Source: Cenococcum geophilum
Lineage: Eukaryota
DNA: 64,000 nt
Reading direction: 5' to 3'
Assembly (NCBI GenBank): GCA_050273025.1
Contig: CP158636.1
Coordinates: forward strand, 2,418,001 to 2,482,000
Each line of letters starts with the position of its first letter. Within the stretch, counting starts at the first letter, position 1. The position numbers were made by a program, and so were the translations under genes. Below are positions 36,601 through 47,218 of this stretch, piece by piece. Under the pieces are notes generated by a model. It searched no databases, was not told where the DNA came from, and was given only the letters and a program-made list of their open reading frames with translations.

Positions 36601-39600
36601 TGGCAGCATAGTGCTTAAACTCCTTGCTAATAAAGTTCTTCCCAGCGTCTATAGTGATTAAGTCTGGTGGTCCTAAATAGCTATCGATTTAGTATATCCA
36701 TAGAATGTCCTAAGTATGCTTAGCGCTGATGTCTCATAGCTATCTACCAGCTTGAAATCGAGTTGCTTTGTTAACTACGTATAATAGGGGGGAGCCGCTA
36801 ATATACATAATGTTAACGATGATATTATAATTAAAATTAACGTCGTCTTATAAGGTAAAGCGAAATCTATCTAGAGATCTGCTATACTTCTAATAATAGT
36901 AGCAGAGTCTGGTTAGCTCTTTAATAGCGGATCTATCAGTGTTATAGCCGTGGCCAGCCTTATCGAGAAGCTTTTGCAGTCTATCAATTGACGGGTAACC
37001 AAATCGACGGTATAGACGTCGTAGTTCTACGTCAGTTAAGTAGCAAGGGTTTATATTAAAAGACTTAACTAAATAAGACTGTAAGGAAAAGCTCTATAGG
37101 AGAAATGGGTGGCCAAATTGTCTAACTACTGGCACCTTTTTAGTGTGGGTAATAATGACGTCCTTTAGGTTATCGTATTTAATATAGAGTCTATCTATAT
37201 CTACCAAGTAAAGTAGAAAGGGAGTATCTGCTTTAACGATATAGAATTATACCTTGCCTATAGGGCTGTTAACGTCTATAGTTCCGATAGACGTAAAGGC
37301 TCCAATCCCGAATTAGATAGTTACTTAGCCTTTAGTTAATATATTAAGACTTACGGACTTGTCTACGGCCTATAGAGCTTAAAATTAACCGTAGCCAGCT
37401 GTAGACTTGCGCGAAGTACCCGTATCAATTATAATTCCCATAAAGACCGTCAAGGTATATTGTAACGCTGTGGCTATAGCTGTGCTATAGGCAAATGGGT
37501 CGGTCTCCGTATAAGGCTCCGTAGTAGATTCTGTGGTAAGTTCTAAAGCCGTAAGCAGGTATATATAAGCCTTATTAGCTAGCTCTACGCTTATAGAGGT
37601 TACTTCCTCCATAGTAAGTGTTCCAAAGGTAGTAATATAGGTAGAACTATCGTTAGGTTCTCTAGCATCGTTCCTAAGGTCGTCAGCGTTTTATATATAG
37701 GCTTTAAAGTCTAAATCGTTATCTTCATCTCTTTCGCAAGCAGCGACGTATTGCTTAAAATGGTTGTTAAAGTTACCCTTATTACGGCCCTTAATATTAA
37801 TAAAGCGTCTTTTATAGTCGTCTCTGGACCGATTACGCTCCTCCTCTATATATTTCTATAAACGGCAGTCCTCCTTCTTACAGACATAGCACTTGGCCTT
37901 TAGTCTGCTGTTAGTTCTATAGAGGCGATTGCTACTATAACAATTGGTGTTTCGGTCTCAATTCTAGTCATTTCAGTAGTAGCGTTAATCTGTAAAAAAA
38001 GCTTAGTAAGACAATCTTATTAAGGCCTATAGGGGGTGTTCTTTTTCCTACACAATAATGGAGGATTGTAGCTTACTAATTAACTAAAAGAGGTCTTCTA
38101 AAGGGTTAGAGACGGCGATGCGGTATACTAGTACTCCCTAGTAAGCAGTAACCAACTTATTTATAAGAATACGGTTTATACGGAAGTCTAGGTATAATCT
38201 ATAACGTTGCTTTAGCAGCTTATTTATAAGTAGTTAGAAGTTCTAATAGATTAACTTATTAGGGTTCTTATCTATAACTCCTTAAAGGGTTATACTGTTC
38301 TACTCTATAAGGTTCTTACAGTAGTATTCTAGCCCTTTAAAGAATTGTCGTATATGGTTATAGGCTTCAGTAAAAGGTTTTAACTTAAGGTTACTGTTAT
38401 AGTAGTGGTCCTAAGCAAGCCCTTTTAGCATACTAGGGAATGCTACTATATAGCCTTCTAGTAGTAAGCCAGATCTCTTACAGATGTTATAAAAGATAGT
38501 TAACTTAAAGTTAAAGCTGTCATTAACTCCATCGTACTTTTGGTCGTTTATATAGATCTTTACAATTATAGCCACCTTCTTGCTATATCTAGGTCCTTAC
38601 CTAGGTCCTTACTCCACACTAGACACAGCTAGTTCAGGTATATATATATATAGCTGCTGCGGTTACTACGGTTGCTGCGGCTGCTATAATTACTGCGGCT
38701 GCTATAATTGCTGCTCTCTTAGCTATAGCAATTGGTCAATAAAAGCGTGGATTTAGTTATAATTAGAGGATTGAGGACCGGGAGGGGTAGTAGGGGTAGT
38801 AGGGGCAGCAATCGAAGTGGCTGGCGGTGTAGCGGTTAGAGTAGATCCAGGGAGGGTAGTAGGGGTAGCGGGGGCAGCAACTGGGGTAGCCGGTAGTGCA
38901 GCGATTAAAGTAGCTAGCGGTGCAGTAAGCTTATCTAAGGTCAAATTAAGTCAGTTCCGCAGAGCCATAGTAATCATTGGCCCGATCTTAATAAGGGCTA
39001 GGTTAATTTCTTCGTCCGTCCATTTATAAGGCTCTTCTTTATTAGCGACGTCCGTTAGCACCTTACTAAGAGTGTGTCTCTTGTCTTGCTTAATAATATA
39101 TACTCCTCTCTTAACTAGGTAGTTACGGATTCCTATTCTAGTTTTAAATTATGCTCGTTTAAAGAGCTCTGGCGTAAAGTCTTTAAAGTCTTCCTAAAAC
39201 GCTGTCTATAATAAAAAGTCTGTAAGGTTATACCGTGTGTATAGGTGCATCTTAGTCTCTATATACTCCGCTAGATTATTATCCATAGCCGTCTTCAAGT
39301 CAATTCCGTTGCTGTATTTAGCAATTCTTTCCTTCCAGTTAATTTCCATATTGTCGTGTCTTTGTGTATGCCGTGGTTCAAGGTTAAGTAGAGGTTCTAA
39401 AGGTTTAAGTTTAAGGTTAAGTTCGGGGTTTAAGGTGTGTAAAGGTGGGGGTATAAGGGTATATACGTGTCCCCTTAACAAATCTACAGTTTTAAAGACT
39501 AAAGACTAAAGACGATTCTTAGCAAAGATACGGTCCTCTAGGCGATCTAACGCATTAACAGTTAAGTTAATACGTAGTTTCGAGCTTTAAGGGTCCTCTA

Positions 39601-40034
39601 GGCGATCTAACGCGTCAATAGTTAAGTTAATACGTGGTCTTAAGCTTTAAGGGGGGTAACGTAGCTCTCTCTAAATAAAGATACAATTCTCTAGGCGATC
39701 TTATATATCAGTAAGTTAATACGTGGTCTCAAGCTTCGAGGGTAACATAGCTTTCTCCTTTAACTAAAATAGGGCGGTAGCTCTGCGATCATCGAACACC
39801 GAATAGTACTAGTTCTCGAGCTTTACTATTACGTATTTCCTAATCTATACGTCTACTAATTAGTATCGGTATAACTCTCTTTATCAACATGCACGAATAT
39901 CACTTATAGTGGTACGTATGCGGTGTTAAAGTTAGTAGTTAATTGTCGTCTAAAAGAAAGGGGTTGCTCTAAGGTCAGACAGTTAGTCTCACTTCGTAGT
40001 CCCATGACTACGTCACGTGATTAATGTTCCGACA
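33694..40034 (-). mobile_element. Ty1/Copia retrotransposon 1 (RIP-degraded)
   Basis: 171-bp LTRs at 33694-33864 and 39864-40034; TSD ATTAT. Minus-strand order gag, protease (GIIIDTG), integrase, RT, RNase H. About 60-bp leader repeats at 39530-39740. Confidence 0.92.
33946..34120. repeat. TTCTGCCAAA-type 10-mer array in the Copia 1 3' region
   Basis: Repeated AAATTCTGCC / ATATTACC units. Confidence 0.8.
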
Positions 40035-40045
40035 ATTATATATAA

Positions 40046-41035
40046 TAATAATTTATTGCTTAACGTCTGATACGGATCCTATGCGGCCTACGCAGACTAC
40101 TCCGTATACAGGGGAAACTTATAAATTTACAGGAAGAAAACCCCTGATATGTTGGGGGAGGAAAAACCCTATGAGCCACCTCAGTAGGATGAAAAACCCC
40201 GGCTTGCCATGTCCGTCCGTAGCGGCGGCCCTGCGGGCCTACGGCTACGTCCTGTCCTCCTTAGATGTTCGAACTCCTTAGGAACCACTACTTCCTTTAC
40301 TAGGACATACAGTCCTTGCGATTAATTGATTGCTATACTATTATTTCCCATATCTTGGCCATCCCCTGTATGCTATCTCTTATTTAACCATTGCCATATA
40401 CGCCATGCCTCCCCCCCCCTAAGGCCTATCGAAGGCGTAAGGGGGATTCATCTATAAACTACCACCACACCATACCATAAGGCAGCGGGACGTGTATGCC
40501 TGGGTATCTTTTGTGCCTAGGCCCCAGTCACTAGGCCCTCGCCAAGGGTCACCACTCCTTAAGAGGAGACAGGAAAACCGTACGGTATCATCCAGGCTGC
40601 CAGGTACTTTCGGTATTCGATAGTTGATGGCGAGTAACCGCATGCTCCGCGGGCGATCGCCCTAGGGGTTAGGAGGGGCCGTATATTTGCTCATTGCTTA
40701 TTACTCGTTCGCATTCGCTCGTTCGTCAATATAAGAGGTCGTCGATGCTTTCTATTGGGGGTCGGGGGATGCTATTAAGTACCATGCATCCATGTTAGAT
40801 CGTACAGGTGCCTTAATAGGAGAATAGTATTACTGTTATCGTAAGGGGCACTCAGTAGTGGTTTTCGAGATCTCACCATCCCATATAAAAACTTTTCACC
40901 ACCGCCCATAATACTCATAACCACCACCACTAGGTCGTATCGCACGCTATGCGACGTCTCTGCGTTGGCTCTGAGTCTAAAACTCAGGTTCATAGCCGTC
41001 ACCACGTACAGGTGCAGAGTCCGTTTTTGACGGCC
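40046..41035 (-). mobile_element. Short non-autonomous non-LTR retroposon (SINE/SIDE-like) with a 5' HDV-like ribozyme
   Basis: 16-bp TSD GCTATATTATATATAA: right copy at 41036-41051; left copy rebuilt from 33684-33693 plus 40040-40045 once the Copia is removed. Minus-strand 3' end ...GACGTTAAGCAATAAATTATTA resembles a simple-repeat LINE tail. No long ORF. Confidence 0.8.
40958..41035 (-). ncRNA. HDV-like self-cleaving ribozyme (predicted)
   Basis: GGCCGUC-AAAAACGGA-CUCUGC-ACC-UGUACGU-GGU-GACGGCU-AUGAAC-CUGAGU-UUUAG-ACUCAG-AGCCAAC-GCAGAG. P1 is 7 bp with a G1.U wobble, P2 6 bp, P3 3 bp, L3 7 nt, P4 6 bp, and J4/2 contains C-C-A-A. Confidence 0.8.
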
Positions 41036-41365
41036 GCTATATTATATATAAATATATAACTATTATATAAATAATTCTTTTTATATTTATTAAGTTTAAT
41101 AGTTATATTTTTATATATATTATAATTTAAAATTATAATTAAACCTTTTATAATATTTTTTTGCTATAAAGTTATAATTTTAGTAATTAATAAGCTATAT
41201 GTAAATTTTTATAAAATTCTATTTAAAGGTTATTAAGTTATAGGTGGTATAAAAAGGTATATTTGGGTATATTTTGGTAAGGAAAACCGTATATAAGGTG
41301 GGCGCGTACATAAGGTGGCCCGTACGTCTACTACACCCCATTAAAATAATATACTCCCTATAACC

Positions 41366-41479
41366 CCACTAATATAGCTCCAAATTATATAAACTAGGGC
41401 TTATTTTATAGCCCTACTTTATAGCTATAAATAAGCCGTTATTTATATAATTTAGAGCTATATTGGTGGGGCTATAGGG
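41366..41479. repeat. Fold-back inverted repeat inside hAT-C
   Basis: CCCTATAACCCCACTAATATAGCTCCAAATTATATAAA pairs with TTTATATAATTTAGAGCTATATTGGTGGGGCTATAGGG; there is also an inner GGCTTATTT/AAATAAGCC stem. Confidence 0.85.
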
Positions 41480-42274
41480 GTTCTTAGTTTTGGGCTAGTG
41501 CCAAAAATTATTAACAATAAATTTAATCGATATTAATCTTATCAATAAGCGATATCGATAATAAGCTTAACAATAAATTATTGACAACTATACTGCTGTC
41601 GCTAACTGCCAGAATAATTTAATGCTTTAACTTTAAGTAATTCCGGAGGTTGGTAGTTGCTAATGCGCCATATAAGCACTTAAAGCAGTAGATAATCTTA
41701 TAGCCTTTTTTATTAAGCTTTAGCTTATTATTATTTAGTAGGCGGGAGTATTAATAAATTAGGGACCTTAAACTCCTCTCTTATTATATGCTAGAGGCGT
41801 TAATCGAGTTAAGAGTACCTATAAGAAGAGAGGAATTAGCTTCTAAAGCTATAATTATATATAATACCTAGAGAAACTAGGAGATTTGATATTTTACTCT
41901 ATAGTAGGGTGCGCCAAGAAATTATTAGTAATTATTGAAATAAGCGAGTAATAAGCAATAATCTTCGATAACGATTATTGATTGATCTTATCATGATAAG
42001 ATTTATTACTGACCACACTGGGGTGAATACTACGTCTTGGCACTTTATGCATTGAAGCAGCTGTAATATCTCCATTCGATTAAAGATTCACTGTCAGTTC
42101 TAGAAACATGTGCACGTTCAAGGAACAGTTGAGGTTCGAATAGAAGTTGACAAAGAAATCGAGGTCCTCTAACATGGTCTTTGCCCTCTCTGTACCAATG
42201 ATCTTTATTTATGCAAATCAGGGGCATTTCGGGATGCATGGGGACATCGGAATTCGGTGAAGATTTTACTATAT

Positions 42275-42692
42275 CTACTATATCAAAAACGTAAATAGCA
42301 ACCTTTAAATTATCTTATTAGTAATTTTAACAAGAATACAACCCGCTAGAAGTTCAAGCTATATCTTATACAGTACTATTTCTTATAATGGAAATTAATT
42401 AGAATAAAGGCTTTAAATTAAAGATGATATAGTAGACGGCCTAGGCTTATAACTATTAAACGGACGATTAGGAATGAGAACTCTGTCTATTAAAGAGGGC
42501 TCTAGAAGCTCTTTATATACATTAGGTAGGTCTAGACAACTAAGTTAAAATAGGTAATAGAAATAGGTAATAAGATATTCGATAAGACATTTAGTTATAA
42601 GTTGAGAGACAACTAAGACAAAGTACGTCAAGACGATCTAGGTCGTCAGACAGTAGTTCGATGGTGGTAAGGAACTTCGATTCAGGTCGACA
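42275..42692 (-). mobile_element. Truncated Copia remnant: 5' LTR (42454-42692), PBS and short leader; related to Copia 2
   Basis: The LTR resembles 47984-48243 and is preceded by GGCTTATAAC, as at 55081-55090. Left boundary approximate. Confidence 0.8.
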
Positions 42693-42733
42693 CTAAGTCG
42701 TGCACCTATCGTCTGAAATTTAAAGCCCCTAGA

Positions 42734-44922
42734 TCAGCGAAGCCATATCTCCTTCCACTTCACACCAGGCTCAATCGCCCTGTCCAGGGCCTCTTGATAA
42801 ACATGACCAACTGCAACCCTCTCCACTACGTTTCCACCACTCACCAAATCAACTAGCATTACATGATACGCACCCCACTCCCTCTCAGAGCCGATAGCTG
42901 GAAGCGCAAACATTTTCATGTCTTTCGATCTAGCATCAGAAAGGACGATAAAATCGTACGCTTCGTCAGGCCGGTGGATCCAGAGTTTACTAATCTATAT
43001 GCAGCCACAAGGAGTCTTTGTTGAATCACATATTTTATAGCTGCGGTCTATGGGTTCATCGTCGTTTGTGAGGTCGTCCGTAACCTGTAGGTAGAATTTG
43101 GCGGACAGTGATGCGAAATGGAGTAAGGGTAGGCATCCTGCTTGATCATAGACAAGCTGAGATTGGAGTCTCAATGCATCATGAGCATTTGCAATGTAAA
43201 ACCTTTCGGTAGATAGTACGTCATGGGGCTGGGCTTTCACAATGGGTGGGTGGGTGAGCGGCGGCCATCGGGTTTCGCTTCGTTGATATACACAATCGGA
43301 GGGAATGCGAGTTTGCGGCCGGCCATCTACAGAGTATGTTATCCAATCAATCCAGGTGTGGTTCCTCAACCAATCCTGGAGGTCTAAGTACTTTAGATCG
43401 CTGAGAAGCATATACACACCACCGGACCAACCACACCATGACCAGGAAGGCCACCAACCAGATCGTCTATGAGCAGTTTTATTTGCTTGCCATAGCAGGG
43501 CCCAGTCAAGCTCATTCACTGGCAGGCCGTACACGCTGTTGGTCTCCTTCGTGCTATTATCTTCTATTCGCTTAAAGAGAATTTTCGATATACCTGCGAA
43601 GGCGTTCAAAATATCGGAGTCGTAACTAAGCTTTCGATGAGAGTATTCATACAAAGAGCCGGCATAGTCGGCGTGCGGTTCTCCAGCACTGGCGAATCCA
43701 CTGAGGCAGTGCTTGCTCATGGAGTCGAAACTGGCCTCGACGTCAGGATTTTCGAGGATAACATCCTCACGCCAAACAACACGACGGCACTAGAAAATTA
43801 TCTATCTATGAGCGAAGACGAGACATCGCCTGGATAAGCATCTCTCTTGATAACTTCCAAAGAATGGTCAGCTTGGTGTATGAAATTCTAAACGGCAACA
43901 CAAAGTACGGAAAGTCTGAGCACGTACGTCCAGCCTCGAGACTCGTAGACGGAATTATTCAACAAGTCCGTTAGATGCTTCGGACATGTTAGTCGCAAGC
44001 TGGGACGGAGTTCCTCAACCATCTGTACGCAACTTCTGGACTTCTTACGGACTCCGGGCAATCCAGCATTGGCGTTATCGCCGGTAGCTGCAACGATTGT
44101 CATGAAGCCTCGATCATAAATGAGATCCATATGTGGAATCAAGCCTCGTTTGTCGGCGTCGTCGTCTTGAATTATGCACATACTGTCAATCCAAATGTAT
44201 CGTTCGGAGAGTGATGAGGTTAGCGTTATGGCATCCTGGATGGTAGTCGGAAGACAATGCCACACTTTCTTCAATCCTCCAGGGCCTGCCAGCATCTTGA
44301 TGTTACTTGAAGTCAATTTGAAGACCTCGATAGGGCCCCACACATAACTGAGAGTAAGATATCTGCAATGTGGTGGGGCTTGGACGACACAACGAGCCCA
44401 CGTATCAATAACTCTAAAATTTGGGGGCATTTCCAACACAGATTTGGTCAATGGCTCTTCACAGTCTTCGCCATGCCATCTCTGGCATGATTTCACCCAC
44501 TTCTTTATAAGCTTAACACTTAGTCGTTCTGAGGGAATCTTGCGGCTAAAAAAGAGGCGATGCCCATCTGGCGCATCTTCAGCAAGTATAGTAAGCCTGT
44601 TGAACTCATTGAACGCATGTGGCCATGGCTGTGCACTCAATCGAAGACAGCGGACTGTTGGACCTTCTTCGGTAGATACAAAACCTTCACTCATCCAGTA
44701 TAACTGACACTGAATATTCTTCTCAAGTTGGCTAGACGGATGCTCTGAAGCACCGATGGCCTCAACAAAAAGACAGCAGCTAGGGCAGTAGTGAGCTCTC
44801 TGACGAATTTCATGCAGGGTTCCAAGATCATGGGATTCGTCAAATTTTGAAGTGTCGTCTTCCGGTTTAATAATGAAGTCGTTTGCAACGATTTCCAGAT
44901 GATCGCATATACCACAGAGCAT
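42734..44922 (-). pseudogene. Heterokaryon incompatibility (HET-domain) gene with premature stops
   Basis: YLTLSYVWG, LPTTIQDAI, YIWIDSMCIIQDD, MDLIY, RGWT(Y)QE, YSHRKLS...DILNAFAGI, WPSWSWCGW. Intron at 43927-43854. In-frame TAG at 43804-43802, 43792-43790 and 42997-42995. Confidence 0.88.
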
Positions 44923-45051
44923 GGTAATATCCGGGGCCTGGGCTTATTTAATGAGCCGTGGGCTGATGGGAAGTTTGTAGAAAGGTGGTGCGACAGAGGT
45001 GGAGATGCGCTAGCGTAGAGAAGCCAGCACAGGCAGGATTTACCTTTACGC

Positions 45052-45159
45052 TGAGCGCCCGCTGAGTCGCTGAGCCGCACGTGGCACTAACAACCCCCGT
45101 TGCGAATGTCAACGGGGTTGTTAGTGTCACGTGCGGCTCAGCGACTCAGCAGGCGCTCA
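45052..45159. repeat. Near-perfect inverted repeat (about 50-bp arms, 7-nt loop)
   Basis: TGAGCGCCCGCTGAGTCGCTGAGCCGCACGTGGCACTAACAACCCCCGTTG and its reverse complement, with 2 mismatches and 1 indel. Confidence 0.92.
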
Positions 45160-45459
45160 ACCGAGCCGTGAACACCACTTTTAGAGCACCGGAATGAGTT
45201 GATTAATCCGGAATGAAGCTGATTAAAATGATACACCACCCATTCCGGAATAAGGACGACTCGTTTCGGAATGAGGCAGAAATGTTCCGGAAAATCGCGT
45301 GTACCGGTACCAGTCGGAACATTATATTCACATCCTTGATTGTAGTACAACTACTAACCCTACTACGGGACTAAGGTTTCCTATCATGATTATTTAAAGC
45401 CAGCTGGCTCCCGCTTTCAAGGACATATTTGTGTCAATCAACCTTGACGGCCAACCAGA

Positions 45460-47218
45460 ATGGCTGCCATTACAACATCTAATGGGACAACTCTCACGCA
45501 CAATATCTCTCCTCTAGGGAAACACATCTTGCTTGCCGGCAGCGATTCCCATAAACGACGGAAATTTGAAGATCAGAGATCCGAATCACTCTTTAGGGTG
45601 CTTGAGTATAACTGGATCATTTGCCCCATCGGCCTAACAATATGCTTCTTTCGTAAGCTAGAATCTCTCTAGAATCGAAGCTTCTTTAAACAGTCATTCA
45701 AAATGCGCTAGGAGAGCTGACAGCATTATCTTGATAGTGTCATATTTTCTAATCTCACGTTATCTTCTAATACGAACTGTGATTGATTATTCCTCATGGT
45801 GGACGTCCGATACGCTTGTATGCGTGCTTATTGGCGCGCCCGCGCATCTTTCTCAAGTATTCCCCTTTGGTTATACGCTAGGCGTTTGTTGGCCAATAAA
45901 TCCTTTTGAATACAGGGAGAAACCACAGACAAGGACCTTCAAGTCTTTACGGTTGTTTTTAGTCACAAGAGGCGATAACGCTCAGGTACGCTCAAGGCTA
46001 TCCTCTAGAGTAAGATTTTCAACCCACTAACAGCTCGCTAACGCAGACCGTTTTGAATACCATTGCCAATTGGGATGAGTTGCGGCACATAGACTCGCGG
46101 ATCCGCTTCCACATAATTCTCGATAACAGTCTTCCGCATGCTTTAGTAGGTCATATCCCGGATTTTGTTGAGATACTCTTCGTGCTGCCCAGCTTTAAAC
46201 CACCCAAAGCCCTGTATAAGGCACGAGCTCTCGAATATGCCCGGTTAGGTCAGAGTCTCGGACCTGAAGACTGGGTTCTTCACCTTGATGAGGAGACAAC
46301 GGTAGATGCATATGCTGTTAAGGCATGCTTGAATTTCATTGAGCGCGGAGACCGCCATTTTGGAATGGTGAGTGCACTTTCCTCTTTCTTTTAAGGACAT
46401 TGGGACGAGTTTAATACTTGTAAGGGAACCATTTTCTATAATAGCAAAGGTCACTGGAGAAATCCGTTCCTCACTGTTGGAGAAATTGGCAGAATCACAG
46501 CGGACTTTGGCCACTTCCGCTTGCCCTTCAAGCTCCACGCGCGGCCCGCTTCAGGCTGGGTCCATGGCTCATTTATTCTCATAAATGGCCAAGTGGAGAA
46601 CGACATCGGTTGGGACACTGATTGCCTTGCGGAAGACTTTTGGTTTGGTCTACGCGTAAGCTACATATGCTCCCGCTCATGGCAATGAGTAGAGTTCTGA
46701 TATACCTCTAGGCAGCCAATAAAGGTTACAAATTCGGCTGGCTCGACGCTATTGCACGTGAGCAACCCCCCCGGTCCATGAAAGACGTCTGCGCCCAGCG
46801 AAAAAGATGGTTTGCCGGCATATGGTCGTGCCATGAGCCGGTCGCGCGTTGGTCTTATGTGGGATGCCCATTCTACTTTGTTGGTATTTTTCAGTAAGTG
46901 GTCACAGCCCTTAGTTGATATTGTCTCTAAGTCTCTCAAAGTTCAATTTACATCCTATTTATCCGCGAAAATCCTATCGTCATTCCTCGGTGGGTGTTCG
47001 TCTGGGGAGTCATTTGCTGTACGGAAGGGCTTTGGGCTGCAATAACATCTACTATAGCTCAAGATGTTGACGCTGGTGGTATTTCGATTTGGCAAATGGT
47101 CGGACATGTTATCATGACCTTTTTCCTCAATCCTCTTTTCAACCTTTTGGAGTGTGCGCTGGTTATTGAAGCACTCCTATTTCCGCCAAAGAAATTCCAC
47201 GTCGTCAAGAAGGTCTGA
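45460..47218 (+). CDS. Family 2 glycosyltransferase, egghead (beta-1,4-mannosyltransferase)-like, multi-exon
   Basis: YKARALEYAR, DWVLHLDEET, VENDIGWD...LAEDFWFG, QRKRWFAGIW (QxxRW), C-terminal transmembrane segments. GT donors at about 45653, 45986, 46368, 46656 and 46895. Confidence 0.82.

Larger units (their letters stand above)
33213..41328. mobile_element. Long-TIR non-autonomous DNA element (about 145-bp TIRs), probably TA target
   Basis: 33211-33355 (TAGACGTATGGGCCACCTCGTATACGCGCCCACC...) is the reverse complement of about 41185-41330; TA at both ends; very AT-rich interior. Superfamily uncertain. Confidence 0.75.
33001..41595. mobile_element. Non-autonomous hAT element C (about 475 bp of own sequence) hosting further insertions
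   Basis: TIR (C)AGTGTGGTT / AACTATACTG; 8-bp TSD CTGTCGCT at 32993-33000 and 41596-41603. The empty site is visible in hAT-A copy 2 at about 58232-58245. Confidence 0.85.
9997..42020 (-). mobile_element. hAT transposon family A, copy 1 (RIP-degraded; host of a 32-kb nest)
   Basis: TIR CAGTGTGGTCAGTAATAA; 8-bp TSD GGGTGAAT at 9989-9996 and 42021-42028. Its own segments (9997-10958, 14382-14737, 31674-33000, 41596-42020) are colinear with copy 2 at 55249-58656. Transposase remnant on the minus strand. Confidence 0.92.

Noticed and set aside
40141..40200. Hammerhead ribozyme (CTGAT...GAAA-like words)
   Set aside because: The CUGANGA core is incomplete and no consistent three-stem junction could be built.
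40900..41035. tRNA- or 5S-derived SINE head
   Set aside because: No cloverleaf, A/B boxes or 5S similarity recognised; the HDV-like fold explains the segment.
9997..42020. Starship or other giant cargo transposon
   Set aside because: No tyrosine-recombinase captain and no host cargo genes; the contents are nested insertions, each with its own boundaries.
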